A stretch of 64,000 nucleotides of DNA from an uncultured virus (IMG/VR IMGVR_UViG_3300008267_000028) (Duplodnaviria > Heunggongvirae > Uroviricota > Caudoviricetes), in the IMG/VR virus record IMGVR_UViG_3300008267_000028. One strand, given 5' to 3'. Every line of letters begins with the position of its first letter. Positions within the stretch are counted from its first letter, which is position 1. This document shows positions 9,454 to 22,573 of the stretch, one piece after another. The translations under genes and the position numbers were made by a program. A model generated the notes under the pieces. The model was not told the DNA's origin and made no database searches. It saw nothing but the letters and a program-made list of their open reading frames with translations.

Positions 9454-11180
9454 TTATTCTTCGGCGTCCACTTTTCCTGTCGCGGGCCTCGCTCGGATGC
9501 TGCGGTGCATCCTCACCCACGACGTCCAATCCATCTCGTCGAAGATGCGTTCACGCTCGACCTCGGCTCCAAGCCGACGGGCCTCCGCGATCTCGGTGCG
9601 AAGTCGCTCGATCTCTGCGAGCAACTCGGGGTAGTCCTGCACGAGTACGTCCATGACAAACTCCCCATCGCCTTGCAGCCAACATTGAATGGCGGCGTCG
9701 TGCCGTATCTTCAACCAGCCCAAGCGTTCATTGTTCATCGAGAGTGACCCTCCAAAGCCCACCCTCGATTAGGACTTCCCTACTCCTCGTCCATCACGAC
9801 GGGCGACGACGGGGGCCGCAGCCCTAGCGCCCGTATCTCCCGCTCACACCGCTCCGCAGCCTCACAGGTGTAGAGCCACGCCTTCTGGCGGGCGGTGGCC
9901 TGGTCCCGTGTCTCTTGGGAAAGTCTCTGGTCGCTGGCAGCCTCGTTGGCGAGCCTCGCCTTGTTGGCAGCCTCCCTCGCCACCAACCGGCAGGTGTAGG
10001 CAGCAGCCTCCCGCATCGACTCGACCGTGCGGATACGTCCTAGTTCGACCCCATAGGGGTCAGCGACCGGCTCTGGTGGCCCACGCCGAGACGCATCACG
10101 GCGTCCCGCTTCCTTACCCTGCCTGTAGGCCGCTTCCCCCACCTTGTTGGCGTACCAATAGGCGGCCAGAAACGTCAGACCCATCAGGCTCGCAAGTGTC
10201 ATGATGTGCCAGAACATCACAGCGCCTCGTCTTTCCCGAACGGCACCAACTCAGCGGGGCGGTCAGCCAGAACACGCAACCGCGTGAGGCATTGAGCGGC
10301 TCGGCCCTTCCACACAATGTCACCGGCCTCGGACTCCGTGACATATTGAGCGACCAGCCGGTAAGCCTCCCGCAGGGCTTTCCGTCGGATGTCTTGTAGG
10401 TAGTACGTCTCTCGGGCGTCCATGCTCTGTCCTTTCGGGTTGGGGTTCACACCCCTCATACACCGACGCGGCAGAGGCACCAAAAAAACACCCCTATTTT
10501 TAGGCTAAGACGGGCAAGGGACGTAGGTGGCCTTCACGATGCACCGGCCCTCCACCACAAACTGCACAGGGTCGGACATCCGCAGCGCCAGCTTGAGGTT
10601 GTCCTCGACACCCCGCCGACGCCCATCGTACTTCCCCTCGAACAGCAGGATGCCGTTGTTGTCGTTCGAGGAACGGATACGGACATCCTTGGTGTGGAGG
10701 TCCATCTGCCGCACATACCCTGTCAGGATCGTCTTACTCACCGTCGGACTCCAAGGCCGTGAGTTTGAGGTGCAGCAGACACCGCTGGCACTCGCCGCAC
10801 GGTGAACGCCCCAGACGTTCCTCCTCACAAAGGGTATCTCGGACCCGCTGCTCGGCCCTAATGGCTCGACGGATCGCCTCGTCCCGCTCTTGGGTGAGCC
10901 TATCGACGTCAAAGCAGGGCTTGGAGCCATCTGCCAAGGGCAGGCTCGCCACCACATCCCGTATCTTGGCGGCGTAGTGCCTCCACGCAAAGACCTCGTT
11001 GCGAAGGTCGGTCAGGGCCGAAAAGACCGCCTTCGCATCGTCTCGGGCGACGTCCAGATAGTCGGAGCCGACTCCCACGGGACGCATCGGCACGTTCTCA
11101 ATCTCGATGGTACCGTCGTCGAGGTTGAGCGACAGAGACAGGATGCTCTCGGAAGTGTAGGGCGGCTCTCGCATCGTCAT
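9454..11180 (-). CDS. cluster of hypothetical genes (9454-9738, 9780-10220, 10217-10450, 10505-10741, 10734-11180)
   Basis: Consecutive minus-strand ORFs; 9780-10220 has an N-terminal TM helix. Confidence 0.6.
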
Positions 11181-11626
11181 CCCTCGGAGGTTTCGTCTCC
11201 CACCATAACAACCTCGGTGTTGGGCGTGTAGGGGAACGTCACCGGCACCCGACTGTCTCGTGAGGTGTAGGCCACCCCGTCGCCACCCACGAAGGCCCGA
11301 CCCACAGAGTCATAGGCTTCCCCACGCTCTCGAAAGACTCGGCTGCATCGCTTGTTCTGCCAGTAGTCTCGGGCCTCGTCCAACAACTCCCACTCGGACT
11401 CGTCGCCCGTGAGCGGTCCCAGAGGCTTGAAGGCCGCCAACTGCTGGAAGATCGACATGATCCAGCCCGCCGACATCCCAGAGTGCCGCTGGCCCTCGAA
11501 GGCCGTGATGAGTTCCATGACGTTCCGATACACCGTGGACTTCACGAACTCAGTCGAGTCAGGGTCATACCCCGCCGCCCGCAACTCGCGGTCAGCGTAC
11601 TCGGACAACTGGCCTACCACCTTCAT
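11177..11626 (-). CDS. conserved phage protein (F..Q.HSG.SA...PL.PLTG...EW...WQNKRCS.VF)
   Basis: Motif string I recall from phage hypothetical proteins. Confidence 0.75.
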   Translation of the reverse strand: MKVVGQLSEYADRELRAAGYDPDSTEFVKSTVYRNVMELITAFEGQRHSGMSAGWIMSIFQQLAAFKPLGPLTGDESEWELLDEARDYWQNKRCSRVFRERGEAYDSVGRAFVGGDGVAYTSRDSRVPVTFPYTPNTEVVMVGDETSEG

Positions 11627-11717
11627 CACAGACCCCCTTGAAACCGTATCGAGCAGCCCTCCAACCACACACAGCAGACCGCGCCCTCGACCCGCTTGCC
11701 TCGGGCGGCAAGGTCGG

Positions 11718-11909
11718 TCATTGAATCCACCCCTTCTTGCGGGCCGCCGCGATGTTGGGGCTTGTGACAAGCCCCTCCCATTGGATCGTGCAGGCTTGGC
11801 ACCGCAGGGACGCACGGGCCTGCATATCGTATGTCTCGGGGTTGTGAATCTTCACGATCTCGCTTTCGAGACTCCCGCACTTCGGACAACGAGGCTGGTA
11901 CTCACCCAT
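11718..11909 (-). CDS. small zinc-ribbon protein
   Basis: CPKC...CQAC. Confidence 0.6.
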   Translation of the reverse strand: MGEYQPRCPKCGSLESEIVKIHNPETYDMQARASLRCQACTIQWEGLVTSPNIAAARKKGWIQ

Positions 11910-11910
11910 C

Positions 11911-12978
11911 TCACAACCCTCCGACCTTCATGCCCCGCACAGGGATGGGCGCATCCTCGGGACCCTTCCAGTAGGGTTCGATCCACGTCGCCCGACGGTC
12001 TGAAAACTTCGGTCCACACGCCTGTTGCCGCCAATGACCCCTGACCAAGAACTGGACCGTCAACGGACCCCGACGCTCGCCGCGAACGTAGTCTCGCAGA
12101 GCCTCTCGACAGTCAAGCTGGATGTCTTTACCGACTCGGTAAAGACGACAGGCAGGGTCCTTCTGGCCCCGTGGCGGCCCCACAGGCGCACTCTCCTCCT
12201 TCGGATGCTTCCCGATGGGCCGCACGATCTCGGGGTTCGACATCGCCAGACAGGTGTTGAGGACGAGCCGCGCCAGCAGTTCCAAGGTACGATCATCCTC
12301 GGTGTCCATCTGGTACGCAAAGGCGTCATAGGTCTGATCCTCGAAGATGCGGCCAACCCTGTTGGCCCGCAGTTCATCAAGGGTCTGCCGATGGATGTGC
12401 AGGTTGACGCCGTTCCGCGTGTAGGAATCCATCGTCCACCCCATGACCAACGGGGCGTCTGGCTCGAAGGACCGCTTGAACGAGTGGTAACTGACCATGC
12501 AGTAGGCGATGTCTTGGTACTCGTCCCTGTTGTCCTTGGTCTGGAGAAGGCCGTTCGGCAGTTCGATCAAAAAAGTTTTCCACGGAGGCATGATGTCGCC
12601 TTCGGGAATCTTCGTCGCCATGAGCGCCGCAGCGTACCTGTGACCGCTGTACTGGACGGTCGGGAACCCGTAGTGCGCCCATCGGGCAGCGTTGAAGCCG
12701 CCCGTCTGGCCCGTCTCGGTGCTGAACAGGTAGTAGTCCCGCTCGGACGCCGCAGCCCGCATCATCCCCTGCATGATGTTGGGGATGTCCTCCTCGCCGT
12801 ACTTGGCGAACGTGTGGGGCCACAGGCCCAGCCCGAGTTTCTGAAAAGCCTCTCGGTTGACCTCGACCCTCGGTGCGTTGGCGGCTCTCCGTGTCTCGGG
12901 GTCCCAGCCAATGCTCTCGGCAAGCCGGTGGCTCGCCCACTTGACCCGCTCCTGTAGTTCCTGCTTCTCGCTCGGCAT
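11911..12978 (-). CDS. phage protein with C-terminal VRGHWRxQ..GP...WIxPYWKGP motif
   Basis: Conserved motif of unknown function; GGGAGG SD; class-1 box upstream. Confidence 0.8.
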   Translation of the reverse strand: MPSEKQELQERVKWASHRLAESIGWDPETRRAANAPRVEVNREAFQKLGLGLWPHTFAKYGEEDIPNIMQGMMRAAASERDYYLFSTETGQTGGFNAARWAHYGFPTVQYSGHRYAAALMATKIPEGDIMPPWKTFLIELPNGLLQTKDNRDEYQDIAYCMVSYHSFKRSFEPDAPLVMGWTMDSYTRNGVNLHIHRQTLDELRANRVGRIFEDQTYDAFAYQMDTEDDRTLELLARLVLNTCLAMSNPEIVRPIGKHPKEESAPVGPPRGQKDPACRLYRVGKDIQLDCREALRDYVRGERRGPLTVQFLVRGHWRQQACGPKFSDRRATWIEPYWKGPEDAPIPVRGMKVGGL

Positions 12979-13017
12979 GGTGTGGCCTCCCATGCCCTTC
13001 TTACACCGACGACACGA

Positions 13018-14901
13018 TCAGCCTGCCTTCAAGGGGGCGACTTTTTGTAGCAGGGCTTGGAGGTTGCTGATCCCTTCACGCAGGTCGTCGTCGGTCAAGT
13101 TGAGTGAACGGCTCCACCTGACCGCCTCCCCGTACTCTCGGACGGCCTCTCGATACTTGCTTTCGAGTTCCAGACGCTCCCACGCCTCGACCGTGTAGGC
13201 GTGGCGTCCACCCCCGTAAGACCTCATCGTAGCGAACCCGCCGTCGATCTCAAACTGGTCGTGGCCGACCGTCAGGTACTTGCGGCCAACCTTCGAGACG
13301 ATCTGCCGTGAGTGCCGGGTACGAAGGTTTGAGTCCGACACGATCACGGTGTCGTCCACTTTCAAGTCACGCAGGGTTCTCATGCACACTCTCCTGCTCG
13401 TACTCGCCCCAAGTCATGTGGCCTTCATGACGTTGGCGGGCCGGTACTCCACGACGTAGGCATCGGGGTAGCGGTGGGCAACGTCCACCGCCTTGTCCTT
13501 AGAGTCCAGCGTCCTCGGCAGCAGCACCCAATCCCCGTTGGGTCGCCGCAGACACACTCGCCAGCACACGGGGATGATCCTGAGTTGTTCTTCCGTCATC
13601 GGGGTAACACCTTTGCGGCTCGGTACTCGACCGCGTAAGTTCATCGGGCGGCATCTGGCTCACTCGGGGGAGGCTTGGGCCGAACAGACATCCTCTCCGC
13701 GTCCTGTCGGTCAACGTTGGCGAGAAACTCCGGGCTGTATCCGTAGCCGTAATCCCCCTCCTTGTACGTCAGAGTCTCTACCACCGCGACCTCCTCCTCG
13801 GGGGTCGCCTTCATGAAGTTGTGGGTGTCGAGCATGAACCAAATGTGCTGGCCGTCCTCGCTCCACCGTCGATTGACGATCTCGTTCACAAACGGCTTAG
13901 GGTTATCCTCGATGGTACACCACACACCGTACCGATAGGGCTTGATGTCGATGGCCCGCACCTTCACAATCGTAGGGGGAACCGCCTCGTTGTTGCCCAG
14001 CAACTTCTGCCATGCGTTCATTGGTGTCCCTTTGCGTCCTTCAATACCTTGGTGATGCCATCACAGATGCCCTGTAGGTCCTCGGTGGCCCGCAGCCGCA
14101 CCTCATAGTCCTCAATGGACCGTTGGAGTTCCGCGATGTGGTGACGGGCGTTTTGGCGGCATACGATCAGATGGGTTCGCCAAGCCTCTACTTGGGAACG
14201 GAACCGACTGATGGCATCCCCAAAGGTGAGGTCGATGTGGTCGAGGTTGCCTCGGCGCGGCATCCCGCCGTCGCTCCTCCGATACAGAGGAGCTTGCCAC
14301 AGGGTATCCATGACCCTGTAGGTGATGTAGCCACGTTTCGATCTGGGTGAGAAACCCTTTTCCCGCCGCCCTATGAGTTCGACCTCCTCGATAGCGGAGT
14401 TCTCAAACCGATCCCCTCGCACTATGTAGGCAACCCGTGGGAGCCTCGGGAGGCCGGGGTATCGGAACTCGTCCCAATCCTCCGACAACACGTCCACGCC
14501 GTCACTCTTGGGTTGAGTGACGGCCTCGGCTCGCAGGTCCTTCCAATCGTCTTGTAGTGCCGCCATACGCCCCTCTTACACCGGCCCTACGGCACACCCC
14601 GCCAAAAAGTCCCTGCGGTACCACGGCAGACCGTGCAGGCAGTCAGCACCGCGTAGGCAGGCACCGTGTGGGTTGCGAGGTCGGGTCCCGAGAGCTGAAC
14701 GCCGCTTATCTAGTCCTCCTCGTATTCAAGTTCCGTCTGGCCCGCGCAGTAGCGGCAACGGAGACAGACCTTCTCGACGACCGGCAGGTACTCACCCGAC
14801 CCGATGTACCGATTGTTCACGCGCAGCACGACACTCTGCAACGTGAGCGTTCGCTTACAATGCGGGCAATCGTAGGTCGGCAGCGTGTACTGGTCCGTCA
14901 C
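13018..14901 (-). CDS. cluster of hypothetical genes (13018-13389, 13414-13599, 13641-14021, 14018-14566, 14710-14901)
   Basis: Consecutive ORFs; 14710-14901 has two CxxC; the 14566 start follows a class-1 box. Confidence 0.6.
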
Positions 14902-15146
14902 GGCCCACCCCCGTACCGGGCGTTCAGCCAAGCGTCGAACTCGCCCTCCCCGTACTCCAACGAGGCGTTCCACTCGGCGTACATCAGGTTGACCCACTTC
15001 CAGTAGGCGTCCGTGACCAGCACGCTCTTGCCGTCAATCGGCAACTCCACAAAGACGCCCCGCAGGTCCGCATCATGCCGCGCCGCCGCGTAGGACGCGA
15101 CCGTGTGGCCGACGCTTTCAAGCCAAACGTCGAAACGGGACTTCAT
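14898..15146 (-). CDS. hypothetical protein, paralog of 15143..15487
   Basis: RFDVWLESVG...AYWKW...EW...WLNARYG. Confidence 0.7.
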   Translation of the reverse strand: MKSRFDVWLESVGHTVASYAAARHDADLRGVFVELPIDGKSVLVTDAYWKWVNLMYAEWNASLEYGEGEFDAWLNARYGGGP

Positions 15147-15487
15147 CGGAAGTCTGCGATGGGCGAGAGGGACGGGACGGGGGACTCGTACTCGACGCCG
15201 TACTTGGCGGCCAACCAGCGGTGGTGTTCGGCGTTGCTATGACCGGCCAGAATGGCGTTGTGACGGGCGGGCGTTCCGTCCTTGCCATGCTTGAACCCAA
15301 GGTGGTTGGCCCACTCCGTCCATTGGGCCTCACTCCACCTGACGTAGGCATAAGCGGCGAGCAGTTCCTCGCCCCCTACCGTAACACGGACGGGATCGCC
15401 GTCAGCAGCCTTGCTGGCCGCCTCGTAGTCCTCGGGGGTCCAGCCGATGCTCTTGAGCCAAATGCGGAAACGTGGTTGCAGGTCCAT
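15143..15487 (-). CDS. hypothetical protein, paralog of 14898..15146
   Basis: RFRIWLKSIG...AYVRW...EW...WLAAKYG; preceded by class-2 and class-1 elements. Confidence 0.75.
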   Translation of the reverse strand: MDLQPRFRIWLKSIGWTPEDYEAASKAADGDPVRVTVGGEELLAAYAYVRWSEAQWTEWANHLGFKHGKDGTPARHNAILAGHSNAEHHRWLAAKYGVEYESPVPSLSPIADFR

Positions 15488-15528
15488 GATTCCCTCCTAC
15501 ACCGACTAGGAAGGCAACCCCGCCAGAA

Positions 15529-17739
15529 TCAACTAGGGTCAGTCGTCACCAGCACCGCCTGCATGGATTGGATCACCTTGTCTATCCGCTGTCGGGCCTC
15601 TTGCGACAATATCCCGTCGGCCCTGAGTACCATGAGGGCGACGACGTTCTCCCACAGTTCGGCTCGCAGCCTCTCGGCCTTCTGCTTGTAACGGGTCCGC
15701 TCGTCGATCATGTCCGCGAGCATGACGCGCATCTGCCGTGGGCCTGGGTCCGCAACCTCGACGGTCTTGACCGTGTAGTAGAAAAGGGTGGCCTCGTCGC
15801 CCGTCATGCCCGCGACCTGCCGCTCAAGACTCAGAAACGTGTTGGACTCGTCGATGCCAAACCGATGCCTGACCTCCGCAACGTGCGCGGAGATGTCGGG
15901 CAGGGGATCGCCCTTCCGATAGGGGATGCTCTCAATGTGGAGTTCATAGTCCGTCATGGGGTGGCCTTCCGTGCGTCCCGTATCTGCTCGACGGGGTACG
16001 ACGTTGGGCAGCCCCACGGCACCCCGTCACGGGTCGTGTGCCAGAGGACGGTGAAGTTGTCGTCGTCCCCGTCGTACCTCGGAGAGAAGTGCGCGTAGGA
16101 CCGCACCTCGTAGGCGTGGCCGTCGAGGCTCCCTGTGTAGAACCACGCGCCCATTCCGTTGCGGTGGGCCAACCACTCGCCACCCAGCTTGCGGAACGCC
16201 CTCACCGATACCCTGCTCATATCCCACAGTCCTCGGGGGTTGTTTCGGGAAGCGCCGCATACGCCTTTTGACAGGCTTGGCAGGCTGGGTTATCACGCCC
16301 ACACATACGGGGGCAGTCCTCGATGATGTCCCTGAGAGCCGCCCGATAACGGTCACGCTCCTTCCGTACCTGCTCCAACTCTCCCTGTTGGTGGAGTGCG
16401 TCCCAATCGGTCAGCATCAACGGGCCTCCTTCCGACGACGCTCCCACTCCTCCAAGGTGATCTCGACGTTGATCCCGTTCTCACGGACGTAGATGCCGCT
16501 CCCGCAGGACTCGGGTACGTCCTTGGGGGTCTGGAACCACGCCTTGATGGCTTCCATCCACGACGCCCGACACGCCTTGCAGACCCGCAGCGTGTAGAAG
16601 TGATGCTTGTGGTTGTCGCCCACAGGCTCGTCCTTGAAGTGAGTGATCGGTATGGTCGGGCCGTTCTCGAACAACGGCTCCCGCTCTGTGTGGGACACCT
16701 CATGGAGGGAGCCACGAATCTGCACCTCCTCGAAGGGCAGTTCCAACTCCCCCATCTGGTAGAAGCACGCCATCCACAGGGTTCGACGGTCCTCTCCGAC
16801 CTCACCGCACTTCTCGCACTTGTCACCGTACATTTCCGACCTCCTTCTTGGTGCCTTCCAGAGCCATGTAGATACGCCCAAGTGCAGAGGCGATCTCCCC
16901 GACCTGTAGGGAGAGTCCATGCAGGGCCGCAGCGACCATCTGGGCGTCCGTGGGCGTCCCGTGTTGGGCGTCCCGTGCCATCAGGGCAACGTGTTGCTCG
17001 ATGATGCCTTTCAGCAGGTCTTTGGTCTTGGTGTTCATGCACCCCTCTTACACCGAGGCCGCGAGGGTCAGCCCTCTAAAATCTGCAACAGGCGGCAGGG
17101 CGTGCAGAGGTCCTTACAGGCTCCCGTATGCCTTGCGTCCTCGTCCTCCCAGCAGCAGTCGCACAGGCAGTCGCAACCCTCATCCAGCAGCGCCTTCTTG
17201 AGACGCTCGTGGGCGACCCGTAGCCGTTTCAACTCGCCAGACTCATCAGGGGTTAGGCTCATGGCAGTCTCCTACGTTTCACCACTTGACGTTCACGGGA
17301 GCCATCGAGCATCCATCCGCGACCGTTCCGAACCACCCGCTGTCGTTGGCCTGCCCCTTTTGGAGCAGTTCCAGCATCATCTGTAGGTGGGTGATCGCGG
17401 CATGACGGGCCTCCTCGCTTGTCTGCCCCTCCCCGATGGCGAAGGGAGTCGTCTGAGGGCCGCCGTCCAACTGGATGGCAAACTGGCGGGTGTCTCCGAT
17501 CATCTGCGAGGCATCGAGTCGCACGTTCAACCTGACACTCATCGTCCATCCCTCCACCGGCCAAACGCCTTGACGTAACGGTTCCCATGCTGGGTGAGCC
17601 GTGAGTTCTGCCACCGGCCCCCACGCCAGAACTTCCCGACCTTTCGGAACCTCACACGGTTGAACCGTCTGCACCACAGGTCCTCGAACTCCTCCTGCAA
17701 GGTGACCGTTTCAATCCAATCGTCGAGTTCGTCCTTCAT
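15529..17739 (-). CDS. cluster of small hypothetical genes (15529-15957, 15954-16220, 16217-16417, 16417-16833, 16823-17038, 17068-17262, 17279-17542, 17539-17739)
   Basis: ATGA/TGATG-coupled ORFs, several Cys-rich. Confidence 0.6.
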
Positions 17740-18221
17740 GGACCCCTACCTAGCAGCCTTACGGCCCGATGCTTCCCTTCCAACCACTCGGCGTTATCGG
17801 GCGACTCGTTGGTGTCGTCATGCTCGACGTACCACGACAAAGCCAACTTCAACTCTTTGACCTGTTCTGCCAAGGCCACAACCTTCATACGCTCTTGGGC
17901 GCGGGCCTGAGAAGCCCCGTCGGCCAACTCGTGCATGGTTTCGACCCTCTCGGCCGTTGCTCTCAGGGCATCCAACAGGGCGGGCAGGTTGTTCCGCATC
18001 TCCACGATGAGGGCCGCGTCCGCACGCTGTTGTGACCCCTCTGGTGTGTAGGGAAAGCCCGCCACCCTGTAGAAGGTCTGCCCTAGCGAGGGGTCCTCAT
18101 CAACGGCAGGCACCAGCACGTTCACGGCGTCGATGTCGGCGTCCATGTTGACTTCCCACGGGCCTATCGTGGCAGCCGCCTCAAGGGCTTCCAGCTTTTC
18201 TAGCAGACCATCAGGGACCAT
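17736..18221 (-). CDS. Ead/Ea22-like protein
   Basis: LEALEAAATIGPWEV...ADAALIVEMRNNLPALL followed by a coiled coil. Confidence 0.6.
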   Translation of the reverse strand: MVPDGLLEKLEALEAAATIGPWEVNMDADIDAVNVLVPAVDEDPSLGQTFYRVAGFPYTPEGSQQRADAALIVEMRNNLPALLDALRATAERVETMHELADGASQARAQERMKVVALAEQVKELKLALSWYVEHDDTNESPDNAEWLEGKHRAVRLLGRGP

Positions 18222-21200
18222 CTGGGTACTCCTCGTCCTTTGTGAACTTCGCCAGCAGGTCGCGGGCCGAACACACATCACACTTGGGAATCCGCTGAGA
18301 GCAACCGCCCCAGACTCGGCAGTTCTCGTCCGCGTACCTGTCCTCGATCCATGCTCGGTACTCGGCGGCTTCCAACCGTGCCTCGTTGCGTTCCCCTGTA
18401 GCCCGCTCCAGCATCGACACGCTGGGCTGCTCCGAGGGGTACATGATCCCGATGGGCCGTCGCCACCCTTCGAGTTCCAAGCACAGGCTCCCGATCTTGC
18501 GGGTCATCATCTCGTTGTCGGCCTTCAAGGCCGCAAGTTCTCGGGTGAGGTCTTGCTCGGTCATGGGTGGCCCCACATCGCCTCGTCGAGATCGCTAACG
18601 ATGTCGGGCCGATCCAGAAACTTGCCGACCTCTGCAAACCCACACGGGCAATCGGTCTGGTACTGCCCCGCCCCACACGCCGCACAGGAGAAGCGGTCAA
18701 AGAGGGTGGCGAGCATCCCACAGGCTTGGCGTCGATCCCCGAGGACGCTCTTGTATGCGGCCTCTCGCTCCGCTACCTGCACGATCAACTCGTCCGCTAT
18801 ACTGTTCGCCTCGTCATGGGTGTGGCTCATCCGACGCTCCTAAATACTTCTCAGCCGTGAACGCTCGGCGTCCCGTACCTCGCGGGTGCGTTCCGCGTAC
18901 TGCTTGGGATCGCTCGCATGGGCGGCCTTCAAGTAGTCCAGTTCATCCTCGGAGAGCCGCTTCCCCGTGAAGGACGACAGGCACAGGTACTCGACGCGGG
19001 ACCAGTCTATGGTTTTCTTAGGGGGCTTCATCCGAACCGCTCCCTGTGCCACGCCTCGAAGGCGGGCCAGAACTTCGACTTCAACCCAGGGGACTTCTTG
19101 AACGGCTGGCCGTCGCGGCGCAGCGGCCACGGCCCCATGTACTCGTGGTACTCAAACCGCCAAGTGCGCCCCTCATGGACATACTCGTACTCCGAGGCCG
19201 TGCAGAAGATGCCCCGCACCTTTCCGTCGCTGCTCTGGAAAGACTCACACGGCATCGGAACGGGCCTTTCGGAGGGTCGATTCTAGTTCTGCAACCCTAA
19301 GCCGCAATCGGTGGTTTGCATCCACGATCTTGTGGGCGCGTTTCAGCAGCTTCTCCAAGTCCTTCTCGGCGGCTTTCCAGCTTTCCTTGTAGGTCTTACA
19401 CATCCCGCACTTGTCCATCGGAGCCTCCACCCTTCAACGCTCCCCGCAGTTCGTTCACCTTCTGATCGTCTGGTCATGCACCCTTCTTACACCGCCGCAA
19501 CGTGTCGAGCAGGAGTTCTCCCAACTCTTTTGCGTCGGCCTCGGTCGCCCCTGTAGTGCCGACCGACACAAACCACCCGCCGTCCGAGTTCCTCCACACC
19601 AATGCCTCCCCGTACTTGCTCGTACAGGCTTGCGGCGGGTTGGCATGGGAGGCTCGGAGCGCCTTCCACGTTCGAGGTCGGGTCATGTCTAGTCCTTCAA
19701 CTCACCGAGGAGGTGCTGGGCGATCTTTTTGGCGTACTTCTCGGAAGTCTCCACGCCCCGCACCTCAAAGTGCCAGACGCCCTCGGCCCTGTAGATGATC
19801 GCCTCCCCCTCTGGCGTGCGGAGTATCTGACCGTCCTCGATGGGGCCATCTTCGCCGTCATAGGACTTCCAGCGGGCGTCAACCATCGGAGGCTCCTACC
19901 TCAAAGGGAAGTGGTCCCACGCTGGACACTTATCGCACGCACCCTTGCTCCACGGATGCTCGCAGGATCGGGAGTACGTCATGAAGTAGGAGAGGGTGCG
20001 TGGCATCAGGCCAAACAACTTCGAGAGGTGCCGATAGACGTTCTCCCGTGGTGGGTAAATCCACCCGTTCGACGGCTTGCCCATGTAGGGCTTGCGATGC
20101 TTGGCCTCGTAGGCTTCACGGGCCACCATGATCTTCGCGCCAAGGATTTGTGTCTCTGTCGGCAAGGCCGCCTCCGTCAGGTGACTTCACAGTCACGGTG
20201 CAACTTTGTGAACGCCTCCGCGATAGCCGATAGCGTCTCGATGTCGGCGGGCAGCACGAGATGAACGTGGTCGCCGCACCGTTGGCATTTCAGCGGCAAC
20301 ATCTGGGAGTTCGAGGGAACCGGCTCCGACAGGCCCATCACAACGTGGTCGGTGTTCTTGGACCTCATTCGGGTAGCCTTCCATCGTGCAAAGCGCGGGT
20401 GATCCGCTGGCGGGTCTGTGAGTCGGTCAGGCTCTTGGCCCACGGGTCGGACTTGAGGCGGGTCAGGGCGATCCGATAGAACGTCGAGACACCCGTACTG
20501 TCCACGACCTCGTAGCCGTACCGGCGACTCATCACGTCGTCGGATTCGTTGACCTGACAGGGCAGGTTCGCGTGACGGACTTGCGCGAGTACGGCTCGGG
20601 CCAGTTCGTCGAACGTGTCAAACTCCAACATGGTCATTCGCAGAACTCCACTCGGTTGAGGTCAAAACCTAGCGTGTCGCGCCACCCGGCCTTGATGCGG
20701 GCAAACTTGGTTGGCCCAATGACCGCCAAGTAGTAGTGCGGGAGTTCGGGCGACGGGCCTCGCGGACGGAACAAGGTCAGTTCGTCGCGGCACACGTCAC
20801 AATGTGAGTCCGCGTCCTCGGCGTCCTCCGTGCAGTAGATGACGCCCAACTCGCCGTCTCGCCGGAACACGAGGTGGCCCAGAACGTCGCCGTCCTGACT
20901 GTCGATGATGCCCCGCAGGACTTCGAGATCACTCATGGTCGGTCACCCACTCATGCTTGGGTTGTGTCACGACGATCATTCTGGACCCCCTGTAGGCGTC
21001 GAACTTCTGCGATGAGTTGTCGGGTCTGGCAGCACCATCTGTAGAGGTCGTCCGCAAGGCCGTACCCAATCGGGATGTGCCGCCCAGCATCCACGATGTA
21101 GGAGGTCTGGTCTGGGTAGTCCTTGCCAGGCGGCCAGTTCTTGTCCAGCCACTTCTCCAGCGAGTCCAACTGTTCGGGCGTCATGCTGGGTGGCTCCTCG

Positions 21201-22523
21201 GGAAGTTCGACAACCTCGGAGTCGAACAACTCGCGCTGCTTGGCCTCGGCTTCCACACGGCTCTCGTAAACGGTGGCCTGTGCGAGCGGGACGGGAAAGC
21301 CGTCACCCTCGTTGTAGCGACCATCTTCCGTGAAGCGTATGACGTACTTCGGCATGGCTGACCCCTCGTACCTTCCCGCCTCGTCAAAAGACTTCGGGGG
21401 TTCTCGGCTGCTCACGTTCTTGGGCGGCGTCCACCAGATAGTGCAGGATGGCAACCTTCTGGTCGGCGTCCGCGACAGACTGATACAGCCCCACCTTCGC
21501 GGTGTAGTGGCCCCCGTCCCTGTGGATACGGGCCAGCAGGTTGCAGAGTAGATCGTGGTAACGGTTCATCGTGGCTTGGTTGTCTCGGATGGTTGCCAGC
21601 ACATCCTCGATGGGACCAGCCACGTCGGCGTGTCCGTCCGCGCCGTAGTAGATGCCAAGGGCGCGAGCCACTTCGAGGTAGTAGTTTTCGACGGGGATCA
21701 TCAACGGCTCACAACTCGTAGAAGGTTGCAGCGGGATGCGCCGCAAGCCACCCCCGCAGGTCTGCGGTGTGGCTGCGGACCCGCTCCTCAAAGTCCTCCA
21801 GGGCCTGCTTGGACGGCCAGGTGCCGTTCGTCTGGCTCGCCACCCAAAAGAGGTACCGCTCCGCAACGTCCTTGGCGGGCGACCCGTTGGGCCACAGGCA
21901 CATACGGGTCACATAGGTGGGCGTCTGCCAGAGCGAGAACGTCTGGTTGTTGGTTTCATCACGGACGTACAGATTCATCGACACGGGGAAGTCTCCTCGG
22001 GACTCTCTTACACCGACGCTGGGCGACGGGACGGGTGAATCAGGGGTCGGCGGTCGGCGCTAACAAGGCCCAACCGCGTGGCTTCCTCAACCTTCATGTT
22101 GAAGAACGCCTCGACCTCGGAGCCGCGCAGGTGGAGGACGTCCTCACGCCATCCATCGGGGCCATCCCAGCTTATCCCGTAGTCACGGTTCTCGTGCAGG
22201 AACTCGTCGGTCGGCAGTCCAAGGTGCTGGGTGACCGCCCACTCCCAACCGAACCAACTGATCTCCTGCTCTTTGCGATCCAGCACCGTCGCCCCACACA
22301 GCAGGTGTCCCGCCTCGTGGATGATGCCAGCCCAATGCGTGGAGGGTCGCCCCACGATGGTCATGTCCTTCGGCAGGATGCCAAGGTGGGACGTGAAAGG
22401 TGCCTCACGCACCCCAGCCTCGATCCACTCCTGCCACGCATCGTGCAGCCCTTGGTCCTGGACCTCGACGTAGGCGAGGCCAAGGCTGCCAAGGAACTCG
22501 ATGACCTTCTCTTTGTCTGTCAT
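18211..22523 (-). CDS. array of ~16 small hypothetical genes (e.g. 18211-18564, 18561-18830, 18840-19031, 19028-19255, 19474-19686, 19689-19886, 19896-20165, 20365-20637, 20634-20936, 20951-21355, 21384-21701, 21709-21984, 22008-22523)
   Basis: Tightly coupled minus-strand ORFs; 22008-22523 has HEAGH (HExxH). Confidence 0.6.
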
Positions 22524-22573
22524 GACCGACTCCTTGGCCTACTAGGAAGGAGTCGGACCGAAAATCGACCCTC

